Shown: piece after piece, positions 8,229 to 16,624 of the stretch
How the letters are laid out: each line of letters starts with the position of its first letter
Position numbering within the stretch: the stretch's first letter is position 1
Assembly (NCBI GenBank): GCA_963706575.1
Contig: CAVPNL010000019.1
Span: 1-21,594, forward strand
Length of the DNA: 21,594 bases
Source: an uncultured delta proteobacterium
Lineage (GTDB): Bacteria; Desulfobacterota; Desulfobacteria; Desulfobacterales; JAHEIW01
Direction of reading: 5' to 3'
Program-made: the position numbers and the translations under genes
The notes under the pieces: model-generated
What the model was told of the DNA's origin: nothing
Seen by the model: the letters and a program-made list of their open reading frames with translations, nothing else
The model's database searches: none

Positions 8229-8512
8229 CCGACGACCTTGGGAACCACAAAACTACCATCTTCTTTTTCAGGCGCATTTGCCAGTGCCAGCTCACGATCG
8301 ATGTGTTCCTTTTCCTCGTCGTCGCGAAACGCATTGGTCAGAGAGATGGCGTGCGAAGTCGGTTTTATGTCTTTGGTATCGACCTGGTTCAATTTTTCAA
8401 TGTATCCCAGGATTTCGTCAATTTGGCCGGCAAACTTCTCGATGGATTCCTCATCCAAATCCAGGCGTGCGAGGTGGGCAACGTACAGCACTTCTTCTTT
8501 GGTTATTTTCAT
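8225..8512 (-). CDS. gatC: Asp/Glu-tRNA amidotransferase subunit C (95 aa)
   Basis: MKITKEEVLYVAHLARL...ILGYIEKLNQVDT...FRDD...ALANAP...FVVPKVV; directly upstream of gatA. ATG at 8512 preferred over TTG at 8518. Confidence 0.96.
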   Translation of the reverse strand: MKITKEEVLYVAHLARLDLDEESIEKFAGQIDEILGYIEKLNQVDTKDIKPTSHAISLTNAFRDDEEKEHIDRELALANAPEKEDGSFVVPKVVG

Positions 8513-8541
8513 CAGCAATCCCTTAGATGCATTTTAATGCT

Positions 8542-8577
8542 AATACCACGAAAGCACGAAAATTAAAAAACACGAAA
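8542..8577. repeat. 36-bp inverted repeat downstream of the GxxExxY gene (three CACGAAA units)
   Basis: AATACCACGAAAGCACGAAAATTAAAAAACACGAAA; 33/36 identical to the reverse complement of 9010-9045. Confidence 0.9.
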
Positions 8578-8578
8578 A

Positions 8579-9001
8579 TTAATTTACAACACGTTTTATT
8601 TCTAAAGTGGGTTTTGCAAAATTTAACAGTAAACCCACTTCTAAATCGGTAGCCTTAAGATATGATATTAGCTGGGCAAAATGGGCGTCAGTAAGTTCTT
8701 TTACAGCCTTTAGTTCAACAATTATTTTCTTTTCGATGATAAGATCCAACCGGTGAGTTCCGACTTCTTTGCCGTGGTATTCAACTTTGATTTCTTTTTG
8801 AAATTCAAAATTAATATTCGTTTCTGACAATTCTATTTTTAAGGCTTCCTCATAGATAGACTCTAAAAACCCCGGTCCCAATTCTTTATGGACCTTAATT
8901 GCCGCACCAATAATAGCTTCACTTAATTTTTCAAATACGTGTTTTCCCTTGGTTTTTATATTTGGTTTAAAGTCAGGTTCTCCATGATGGATTATTTTCA
9001 T
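8579..9001 (-). CDS. GxxExxY protein (PD-(D/E)XK nuclease superfamily)
   Basis: IIGAAIKVHKELGPGFLESIY (GxxExxY), RLDLIIEKKIIVELKA (D...ExK), QLISYLKAT...GLLLNF; markedly AT-rich. Start uncertain (GTG of VFEKLS is an alternative). Confidence 0.93.
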   Translation of the reverse strand: MKIIHHGEPDFKPNIKTKGKHVFEKLSEAIIGAAIKVHKELGPGFLESIYEEALKIELSETNINFEFQKEIKVEYHGKEVGTHRLDLIIEKKIIVELKAVKELTDAHFAQLISYLKATDLEVGLLLNFAKPTLEIKRVVN

Positions 9002-9009
9002 ATTTAATA

Positions 9010-9096
9010 TTTCGTGCTTTTAGATTTTCGTGCTTTCGTGGTATTCACATCACTGTAATTTCGTGTTTTTAGGTTTTCGTGGTAATTCACATCACT
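9010..9096. repeat. Upstream inverted repeat of the GxxExxY gene plus a shortened tandem duplicate
   Basis: TTTCGTGCTTTTAGATTTTCGTGCTTTCGTGGTATT 9010-9045; second version TTTCGTGTTTTTAGGTTTTCGTGGT 9059-9083; ATTCACATCACT repeated at 9043-9054 and 9085-9096. Confidence 0.88.
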
Positions 9097-9871
9097 TCAT
9101 TACCAGGATGGGTTTCATACCTTCTTTTTTTAATTTATCCATCACGCTCAGCGCCTCAGATTTGCGCTTATACTCTCCGATTCTAACCCGAAACCAGATT
9201 CCTTTTCCGGGTATCTTGCCGATCGCCCGATAGGCCGGATATCCGCTTTTTTTTAATTTCTGGACCAGCCGATCTGCATCTTTTGGATCTTTAACGGAAG
9301 CTGCCTGGATGGTGTATACAGGGCCTGCAGCATTTGTCGGAGTAACGGCAGGAACTTTTCCCTTTTTCTTGGCCGGCTTTTTGATTTGAGAACTTGCTGC
9401 AGGTTCCGGTTTTTGCGTCCCTGCTTTTTGAGAAGCCGATTTTTCAGATGCCGCTTTTGGAACGGTTTCCTTTATGGGCTCCTGGGGACCGGTTTTTTCG
9501 GCCGGTTTTTCGATCTTATCTTTTACAACCTCCGGCTTTTGAAGCGCCGGAACGTCCGGATCTACTTTGTTTTCTTTAAGCGCTTCATAAAACTCGAGCT
9601 TGGTTTTATCCTTTACGGTAACCGGCCTTTTCGGTGCCGGCGCTTTTTTTTGATCGCCGCCGTCACCCTCTTTCGAGGCTTCTAATTTTTTTTCAAGGGC
9701 AGCAATATCAAATTTGACCGGGGCCGTACCTCTGCCGACCAATATCCCCAGTATGAACATCCAGGCACACAGAAAAAAAATTAAAAAAATCCACCCCGCA
9801 ATTTTGCGGCGCGACAGGACAATAAAGGGTTTTTTTAATTCCGGCTCTTTGCGTTTATTCTTTTTTCTCAT
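9092..9871 (-). CDS. SPOR-domain cell division protein (FtsN/DedD-like architecture)
   Basis: Basic N-tail, one TM helix ending GILVGRG, LEFYEAL motif, Lys/Pro/Ala-rich linker, C-terminal SPOR domain (YTIQAASVK...WFRVRIGEY); follows argS, a common arrangement. Confidence 0.9.
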   Translation of the reverse strand: MRKKNKRKEPELKKPFIVLSRRKIAGWIFLIFFLCAWMFILGILVGRGTAPVKFDIAALEKKLEASKEGDGGDQKKAPAPKRPVTVKDKTKLEFYEALKENKVDPDVPALQKPEVVKDKIEKPAEKTGPQEPIKETVPKAASEKSASQKAGTQKPEPAASSQIKKPAKKKGKVPAVTPTNAAGPVYTIQAASVKDPKDADRLVQKLKKSGYPAYRAIGKIPGKGIWFRVRIGEYKRKSEALSVMDKLKKEGMKPILVMK

Positions 9872-9894
9872 TGTTGAATTTTATGCTTTGGGTC

Positions 9895-9957
9895 TCGTGG
9901 CTGGGAAGCCACTCCCACAAACCATCAACAAGCGGTGGGAGCAACATCCTGCCGCGA
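9895..9957. repeat. Degenerate REP doublet of the RAYT-associated family
   Basis: TCGTGGCTGGGAAGCCACTCCCAC 9895-9918 and GTGGGAGCAACATCCTGCCGCGA 9935-9957; same orientation pattern as 6189-6258. Confidence 0.82.
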
Positions 9958-10021
9958 AAACAGTCATTGCTGACGCCATCCGACGGACTTGCGGGTAAAG
10001 ATGGAAATTTAAAGTCCGGTT

Positions 10022-11686
10022 TTACATACTGTCCGGGGCAGAAACGCCCAGCAGCGTCAGGCCGTTTCGGATTACTTTTTGAACCGCTAAAACAAGATTG
10101 AGCCGACCGCAGCGCAACAACGAGTCATCGACTAAAACCCGGTGCTTATTGTAGTAAGTATGAAAGGCCGATGCAAGGTCCATCAAATAATAGGTCACAC
10201 GATGCGGCTCCATGCTTCTGGCGCTGCCTGCCAGGACATCCGGATAGCGCGCCAGGGCTTTAATCAAATCAATTTCTTCGGGTGCCTCCAGGCGAGCCAC
10301 GGCCTTGTCATCCCAGGAAACCTCGCAGGTCCCCCGTTCGTTTCCCTTGCGCACGATGCTCGAGATGCGGGCATGCACATATTGAACATAATAAACCGGA
10401 TTATCATTGGTTTTTTGCTTGGCGACTTCCAGATCAAAATCAAGGGCGCTTTCATAATGGCGGGTCAAAAAGATGAAGCGCGCGGCGTCCCGGCCCACTT
10501 CGTTGATAACCTCGCGCAGGGTCTCGAATTTGCCGGCCCGTGTCGACATGGCAACCGGTTGCCCGGCTCTGAGCAAATTCACCAGCTGCACCAAAATGAC
10601 ATCAAACTGATCCCGCCGATGCCCGGAGGCTTCAACGGCGGCTTTCATCCGGGGAATGTAACCATGATGATCCGCTCCCCAGACGTCGACCACCCATTCA
10701 AACCCACGGTCATACTTGTCCTGGTGGTAGGCGATGTCGGATGCAAAATAGGTCGTTTCGCCGTTGGCTTTAACCACTACCCGATCTTTTTCATCACCGA
10801 AATCGCTGGTTTTAAACCACAGGGCCCCGTCTTTTTCGTAAATAATCTGCTGTTTGCGAAAATTATCAAGAATCTCATCCACGCGGCCGGAATCATATAA
10901 GCTCTGTTCACTGAACCAGCAGTCAAATTCGACCCCGAATAATTTTAAATCGTCCCGAATGCCGTCCAGTATGTTCCCGGCGGCAAAGCGCGCGCATTCC
11001 ATAACGGCGTCTTGTTCCGGCTCGCTTAAAAGGGCATCGCCTTTGCGTGTTTTGATGCCGGCAGCCAGATCACGAATGTAATCCCCCTGATAGCATTCAT
11101 CCGGGAATTTGACTTTTTGGCCCCACAGCTCCTGATAGCGCAGAAAAACCGATTGGCCTAAAGTCTTGATCTGGCGGCCCGAATCGTTGATGTAATATTC
11201 CTTCTGGACATCATAGCCGCAAAAAGAAAGAATATTAGCCACCGCGTCACCCACGGCAGCACCGCGGCCGTGTCCGACATGCAGCGGCCCTGTGGGGTTG
11301 GAGCTGACATACTCGACCTGAAATTTTTGACCTTTACCGATATCGGTTGCACCGTAAGCGGTATCGGCTTCATGGATCTCACGCAAAATCGGGTGCCAGG
11401 CCGACGGTTTGACAAAGAAATTAATAAATCCCGGTCCGGCGATTTCAGCCTTTTCGATCAATTCCTGCGGATCTTGAATGTGAGCAATGATGGTTTCCGC
11501 AATTTTCCGCGGCGCCATTTTTTGAACCGCTGCCATCACCATGGCAATATTGCTTGAAAAATCACCATGGGCGGCAGCCCTGGGCTCTTCAACCTCAGCC
11601 TCGGGGATGTCCGCTGACGGCAGATCCCCTTTTTGATAGGCGATAGTAATCGCGTTGAGAATTAGTTCTTTTATTTTGTGTCTCAT
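10022..11686 (-). CDS. argS: Arginine--tRNA ligase
   Basis: [35 protein letters not shown] (HIGH), [35 protein letters not shown]. Confidence 0.98.
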   Translation of the reverse strand: MRHKIKELILNAITIAYQKGDLPSADIPEAEVEEPRAAAHGDFSSNIAMVMAAVQKMAPRKIAETIIAHIQDPQELIEKAEIAGPGFINFFVKPSAWHPILREIHEADTAYGATDIGKGQKFQVEYVSSNPTGPLHVGHGRGAAVGDAVANILSFCGYDVQKEYYINDSGRQIKTLGQSVFLRYQELWGQKVKFPDECYQGDYIRDLAAGIKTRKGDALLSEPEQDAVMECARFAAGNILDGIRDDLKLFGVEFDCWFSEQSLYDSGRVDEILDNFRKQQIIYEKDGALWFKTSDFGDEKDRVVVKANGETTYFASDIAYHQDKYDRGFEWVVDVWGADHHGYIPRMKAAVEASGHRRDQFDVILVQLVNLLRAGQPVAMSTRAGKFETLREVINEVGRDAARFIFLTRHYESALDFDLEVAKQKTNDNPVYYVQYVHARISSIVRKGNERGTCEVSWDDKAVARLEAPEEIDLIKALARYPDVLAGSARSMEPHRVTYYLMDLASAFHTYYNKHRVLVDDSLLRCGRLNLVLAVQKVIRNGLTLLGVSAPDSM

Positions 11687-11730
11687 TTATAATTTGCTTT
11701 TTTTGTTTTTTTGCTTTTCATACGCTAAAC

Positions 11731-11764
11731 CCAATACTCCAGCACTCCATTTCTCCAATACGCC
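11731..11764. repeat. Octamer tandem array (AnnACTCC type), single arm
   Basis: AATACTCC AGCACTCC ATTTCTCC AATACGCC at 11733-11764; resembles the right arm at 13257-13280. Confidence 0.65.
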
Positions 11765-11897
11765 AATGGTGAGCGCGGCGAAATAAATTCTATTGCGTGA
11801 TAGATAAAGACTTTTGCGGACCAAGTCAAGATGCTTTCCCCGGGCATGGTATTACCCCCCCTCGGCTGCCCTAAAATTGCGGATTCATAAATTTTAT

Positions 11898-11926
11898 TTG
11901 CTTGATAGGTGCTTAAATGTTAAGTT
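11898..11926 (+). promoter_or_regulatory. Possible sigma70 promoter for the glycosylation cluster
   Basis: TTGCTT (11898-11903), 17 bp, TAAGTT (11921-11926) preceded by TGn; weak consensus match only. Confidence 0.35.
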
Positions 11927-11945
11927 TCAGCACCTTGAAAGATAT

Positions 11946-12048
11946 CGCATAGCGCTAAGCGCAAAGCGCAGAGCGTTAAAAACATGAATTCCCCACTCTT
12001 TTTCATCAAAACGCTTTGCCGCTTTGTTTCATGCGCCATGCGCTATGC
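11946..12048. repeat. Heptamer inverted-array element, copy 2
   Basis: CGCATAG CGCTAAG CGCAAAG CGCAGAG CGTTAAAAA (from 11946) ... AAACGCTTTGCCGCTTTGTTTCATGCGCCATGCGCTATGC (12009-12048). Confidence 0.8.
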
Positions 12049-12136
12049 CCTGTTGCCCGCTGAGAATGCAGCTCATCAAGGTAAAACGAAAAATGGCTAT
12101 TTGCAGATGGAAACTTAATTACACGAGGAAATCCAA

Positions 12137-13180
12137 TTGAGCCTTAAGCAAAAACGCGTACTGGTCACAGGCACATGTGGTACGGTGGGCAGGGAATTGA
12201 TTCGTCAACTTCTGGCAAATCAACCGATAGGCGAACTCATCGCGCTTGATCACAATGAAAGTGAGCTTTTTGCTCTTGAACAGCAGTTTGCCGAATACGG
12301 TCATGCTAATTTCTTTTTAGCCGATGTTCGCGATCGGGACAGACTAAATGACAAAATGAAAGGCATCGATTGGGTGTTTCATACAGCGGCGTTTAAACAC
12401 GTTCGCCAGTGTGAACGATCCCCTTTTGAAGCGGTGCAAACCAATATTCTGGGGGTTCAAAACATCATTTACGCTGCCATTGAGAACAATGTTGAGCGGG
12501 TTATCTTTACCAGCTCGGATAAAGCCGTTAATCCGACAAATGTCATGGGAACATCAAAGCTGATGGGCGAACGCTTAATCACCGCCGCCAACAGCAACCT
12601 GCGGGGCGACGGCCCCATCTTTGCCTCCACCCGGTTTGGCAATGTTTTAGGCTCCAGCGGCTCGGTGATTCCCATTTTTCACAACCAGATCCGCAGTGGC
12701 GGACCGGTCACATTGACCGATCCGGAAATGACCCGCTTTATTATGAGCATCGAAGAAGCCGTGCAACTGGTAATCGACTCAGGGCTTCAATGCAAAGGTG
12801 GCGAAGTGTTTGTGACCAAGATGCCGGCGATTCGAATAAAAGATCTGGCTGAGGTCATGATGGAAGAATTGGCAAAGACTTACGGCCACAAGACAGAAGA
12901 TATAGAAATCCAGATTGTCGGCCACCAGCCGGGTGAAAAGTTATACGAAGAGCTGTTAAATATGGAAGAAACCAGACGTTCATGGGAACTGGCACGCTAC
13001 TTCGTGGTTCTTCCGGCCTTTAGAGAGATTTACCGTGATATCGTTTTTGAATACCCGGACATAACATCAAAGGAAGTAACCAGCGCGTATCATTCCGGTA
13101 TGCAAACCCCGCTTACAAAAGCCCAACTGGTTAAGTTTCTAAAGAAAAACAAACTCTTAGAGCCTGGAATGATGGAATGA
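12137..13180 (+). CDS. Nucleotide-sugar 4,6-dehydratase, PseB/FlaA1/CapD-like extended SDR
   Basis: VLVTGTCGTVG, HTAAFKHV, TSSDKAVNPTNVMGTSK, TRFGNVLGSSGSVIP, MTRF, PGEKLYEEL; TTG start after GAGGA. Confidence 0.92.
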   Translation: MSLKQKRVLVTGTCGTVGRELIRQLLANQPIGELIALDHNESELFALEQQFAEYGHANFFLADVRDRDRLNDKMKGIDWVFHTAAFKHVRQCERSPFEAVQTNILGVQNIIYAAIENNVERVIFTSSDKAVNPTNVMGTSKLMGERLITAANSNLRGDGPIFASTRFGNVLGSSGSVIPIFHNQIRSGGPVTLTDPEMTRFIMSIEEAVQLVIDSGLQCKGGEVFVTKMPAIRIKDLAEVMMEELAKTYGHKTEDIEIQIVGHQPGEKLYEELLNMEETRRSWELARYFVVLPAFREIYRDIVFEYPDITSKEVTSAYHSGMQTPLTKAQLVKFLKKNKLLEPGMME

Positions 13181-13280
13181 AGGAATAATGGGATATTGGG
13201 TGGGAAGATAATTTTCAGACTGAACCCCGGAACATTTAAGTTATTCGTTTTTAACCATTATTCCAACATTCCAGTATTCC
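13166..13280. repeat. Octamer inverted-array element overlapping the dehydratase stop codon
   Basis: GGAATGAT GGAATGAA GGAATAAT GGGATATT (13166-13197) facing ATTATTCC AACATTCC AGTATTCC (13257-13280). Confidence 0.8.
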
Positions 13281-13337
13281 AAGATATTAACCTTAACGAG
13301 GATTTTAATTAGAATTAGCGGATACGAGGCAGGGTAA

Positions 13338-14486
13338 ATGCGAATACTGATTTTGGGCGGAGACGGCTATCTGGGATGGCCCACCGCCATGCATCTCAGC
13401 GCCCACGGCCATGAAGTCGCCGTGGCCGACAATTACCTGCACCGACGATTGTGCCGGGAAGAGAAGGTGGATTTTCTCTATGAGGTCCCGGAGCTCGATG
13501 AACGCGCATCCCTGTGGCAGTCGGTTTCAGGACATGGCATTGATGTCCATATTGGAGATCTGAGCCAGTGGGATTTTGTCACCGAGATATTCGAAAAATT
13601 TAGCCCGCAGGCCGTTGTGCATTACGCCGAGCAGCCGGCGGCCCCTTATTCCATGCTCAATCGGCAGACTGCCACCCTGACCTTGCACAATAATTTATCG
13701 GTAACGGCCAACGTGATTTTTGCGGTGCGGGAATTCTGCCCGGATGCACACATCATTAAACTGGGGACCATGGGAGAATACGGCACTCCCAATATTGATA
13801 TCGAAGAAGGCTGGCTGGAAGTCGAGCACAAAGGTCGGCGACACACCTTTTTATATCCACGGCAGGCCAGCAGTCTGTATCACACTACCAAAATCATGGA
13901 CACTGATCTGTTGTGGTTCTACGTCCGGACCTGGGGGTTGCGGGTAACCGACCTGATGCAGGGCCCGGTTTACGGTCTTTTTACCGATGAAACCCAAAAA
14001 GATGACCGCCTGCTGCCTTTTTTTAGTTATGACGAAATTTTCGGAACCGTGCTGAATCGATTCGTGGTGCAGGCTGTAGCGGGGTATCCCCTTACGGTTT
14101 ACGGTGAAGGCGGTCAGACCCGAGGCTATTTAAACATCAAAGATACCTTAAATTGTGTGCGCCTGTCTGTTGAAAACCCTGCTGAACCGGCTGAACTGCG
14201 TATTTTTAACCAGTTCACGGAAACCTTCAGTGTCAATGGTCTTGCTGCAAGGGTCCAAGAGGCTGGAGCCAAACTCGGATTAAATGTCGCAATTCAGCCT
14301 ATCGAAAATCCTCGGTTTGAGGCTGAAGCGCATTATTACAACCCCACTCATACCGGCCTTTTCGATCTGGGGCTAAAGCCCCACTATTTGTCTAAGGGAG
14401 TACTTTCAGAAATGATGGAATTTGTCATCCAATACAAAGATCTAATCAATAAAGATCAAATCTGTCGAAATGTGAAATGGAACTAA
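13338..14486 (+). CDS. sqdB: UDP-sulfoquinovose synthase (SqdB/SQD1/Agl3 family)
   Basis: ILGGDGYLGWPTAMHLS, HYAEQPAAPYSM, KLGTMGEYGTPNIDIEEG, YHTTK (YHxxK), TDLMQGPVYG, YDEIFGTVLNRFVVQAVAGYPLTVYGEGGQTRGYL, FNQFTE, NPR.EAE.HYYN are characteristic of this family. Confidence 0.92.
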   Translation: MRILILGGDGYLGWPTAMHLSAHGHEVAVADNYLHRRLCREEKVDFLYEVPELDERASLWQSVSGHGIDVHIGDLSQWDFVTEIFEKFSPQAVVHYAEQPAAPYSMLNRQTATLTLHNNLSVTANVIFAVREFCPDAHIIKLGTMGEYGTPNIDIEEGWLEVEHKGRRHTFLYPRQASSLYHTTKIMDTDLLWFYVRTWGLRVTDLMQGPVYGLFTDETQKDDRLLPFFSYDEIFGTVLNRFVVQAVAGYPLTVYGEGGQTRGYLNIKDTLNCVRLSVENPAEPAELRIFNQFTETFSVNGLAARVQEAGAKLGLNVAIQPIENPRFEAEAHYYNPTHTGLFDLGLKPHYLSKGVLSEMMEFVIQYKDLINKDQICRNVKWN

Positions 14487-14578
14487 ACAAAAAAAACAAA
14501 CGAAAGAGCGCTGATCCTGGCTTCGCTCAAATTAAGGAAACAAGTGCCGCTTAATTTTAACCCTTTAGGAATTATAAG

Positions 14579-15622
14579 ATGTCAACATTAAGAATCTTGG
14601 GCTGCATGGTGGGCGTTTTCGGGCTATTTGTAACATTTTATATCCACCGCGGCACCCGCTGGAACCGGCTCAATTTTATCTTTTTTATGCTCCTGAATTT
14701 AAGCCTGATTGCCGTTACCATTAATCCCAACATTCTAAATGCGCTAAGAGATGCGCTGGCTCTGCATAAGGCTTACCGGGGAAGAATAATTGCCCTGTTG
14801 ATTGTTTCGAATATTTTCTTACTGTTCTACATTTTCTTCACAAAACTAAAAGTAGATAATATTCATTTTCAGTTTGACCGCTTGGTCCGCTCATTGGGAA
14901 CAAGAGAAATTGAAAAAAGCGCTGATTTTTCCCAGCAAATGAAGCCCATTATGATCCTAATCCCTGCTTATAATGAGGCCGAAAATTTGGAGGCTCTGCT
15001 GCCAAGGATTCCGAAGCAAATCGAAGGCATTGATGTTGGCATCCTGGTGGTCGACGATGGCAGTGATGATGGAACTTTTCCTATAGCGCAAAGCAATGGC
15101 GCATTCGCTGTCAAAAACATGATCAACCGGGGCGGCGGCGCAGCATTGAGGCTGGGATACGATATTTTACAAAAAGCAGCTGTTCGCTATTGTGTAACCA
15201 TGGACGCCGATGGGCAGCACCGGCCGGAAGATATCGCCTATCTGATATTGCCCATTATCGACGGACAATATGATTGCGTGATCGGATCACGAATTCTTGG
15301 CAGCAGAGAATCCGGCAGCCGCTTAAGAATTGCGGGGGTTTATATTTTCGGCAGAATTGTGACCACACTGTTAGGCAAAAAGATTACCGATCCCTCCAGC
15401 GGTTTCAGGGCTTTTCGCATGGATGCCGTCAAAGCCATCCGACTGCATGAAGATCAATATCATACCAGTGAACTTATAATTGAAGCTGTCAAACAGGGCC
15501 TACGCATCGGCGAAGTACCCATAACCATTTTAAGACGCAAATACGGCCAAAGCAAAAAGGGAAAAGATCTAATCTACGGCATTCATTTTGCCCGCATCAT
15601 CATTAAGACATGGTGGCGATAA
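14579..15622 (+). CDS. DUF2304-like membrane domain fused to a DPM-synthase-like GT2
   Basis: About 105-aa N-terminus with three hydrophobic helices, then IPAYNEAENL, VVDDGSDDGT, NRGGGAALRLG, TMDADGQH, IGSR, DPSSGFRAF, EVPI. DUF2304 label is by recall of architecture. Confidence 0.85.
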   Translation: MSTLRILGCMVGVFGLFVTFYIHRGTRWNRLNFIFFMLLNLSLIAVTINPNILNALRDALALHKAYRGRIIALLIVSNIFLLFYIFFTKLKVDNIHFQFDRLVRSLGTREIEKSADFSQQMKPIMILIPAYNEAENLEALLPRIPKQIEGIDVGILVVDDGSDDGTFPIAQSNGAFAVKNMINRGGGAALRLGYDILQKAAVRYCVTMDADGQHRPEDIAYLILPIIDGQYDCVIGSRILGSRESGSRLRIAGVYIFGRIVTTLLGKKITDPSSGFRAFRMDAVKAIRLHEDQYHTSELIIEAVKQGLRIGEVPITILRRKYGQSKKGKDLIYGIHFARIIIKTWWR

Positions 15623-15645
15623 ACTTTTTGTTCGTTGATTTCAGC

Positions 15646-16575
15646 ATGGTGCACACATCAAAGAAAAATGAAATTTCTAAATCGATTCGCGCTAGAATGC
15701 CCAATTTTCTCATCGTGGGAGCGGCCAAATCAGGTACGACATCACTGTATGCGTATTTGAAACAACATCCTGATATTTTCATGCCTGAATGGAAAGAGTT
15801 GTCCTTTTTCACCGGAGATGAGTATACACCGCTGCATAAAGTCAAAAAGCCTCGCTATTATTACACGGTTTTTGCCAAAGTAAAAAACGAGTCTGCTATC
15901 GGTGAAGCTTCAACAAGCTATTTGTACGATAAAACCGCTGCTGCAACGATAAAAGAAAAATTGGGCGATATCAAAATTATTATTGCCCTCAGAGATCCGG
16001 TATCCATGAGTTATTCGTTATACAACCATCAGGTCCGTAAAGAGGGAGAAACAACAGACAGTTTCGAGGAAGCCCTGGCAAAAGAAGACGACCGGTTTGC
16101 AGACGCTGATTTCAGGAAAAAATGTTATGGCTGGCATGCGAATTACTACTACTATCAAAGGGCATTATATTATAATCAGGTAAAACGGTACTTGGAAACA
16201 TTTGGCAAAGAAAATGTCTTTATCATTTTATTTGAGGAACTCGTTGGAGAAACGTTAGGTGTTGTACAAAGCGTATATCGTTTTTTAGAGGTAGACGATA
16301 CCTTCATTCCTAAAATAAAAATCCATAATCCAGCCGGGGACATTTTAAAAATTCCACGGTTCTGGGAAGATAGCGGGTTATTTTTAAAAACATTCCAATT
16401 TGTCTTTTCAAAAAACCTGGCTAAAAAAATACCCCATCTGGTTAGAAATGTCGGCCGGAAACCACCCCAGCCAATCAATCCGGAAACTGCAAAAAAGCTC
16501 AGAAAAAAATTTTATGAAGACATCTGTAAGCTGGAACAATTGACTGGAAAAGACCTTTCCACCTGGAAAAATTAG
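15646..16575 (+). CDS. PAPS-dependent sulfotransferase 1
   Basis: PNFLIVGAAKSGTTSLYAYLKQHPDIF (5'-PSB loop), KELSFF, GEASTSYL, LRDPVSMSYS (3'-PB). Start uncertain: ATG 15610, 15646 or 15697. Confidence 0.9.
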   Translation: MVHTSKKNEISKSIRARMPNFLIVGAAKSGTTSLYAYLKQHPDIFMPEWKELSFFTGDEYTPLHKVKKPRYYYTVFAKVKNESAIGEASTSYLYDKTAAATIKEKLGDIKIIIALRDPVSMSYSLYNHQVRKEGETTDSFEEALAKEDDRFADADFRKKCYGWHANYYYYQRALYYNQVKRYLETFGKENVFIILFEELVGETLGVVQSVYRFLEVDDTFIPKIKIHNPAGDILKIPRFWEDSGLFLKTFQFVFSKNLAKKIPHLVRNVGRKPPQPINPETAKKLRKKFYEDICKLEQLTGKDLSTWKN

Positions 16576-16624
16576 TCCCCACCCGCGTTTTATATGGAGT
16601 GAATGCTGTTGTAGTGATTGTGCC

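Noticed and set aside
10142..10900. 252-aa plus-strand ORF and other ORFs overlapping argS, mutL, gatA, gatC, SPOR and the porin
   Set aside because: Antisense or alternate-frame shadows of well-supported genes.
11801..11829. argS promoter (minus-strand TTGACT)
   Set aside because: No convincing -10 at 16-18 bp spacing.
13338..14486. Complete SQDG sulfolipid operon
   Set aside because: No SqdX/SQD2-like GT4 or recognisable sqdC/sqdD in the window; cannot be excluded elsewhere in the genome.
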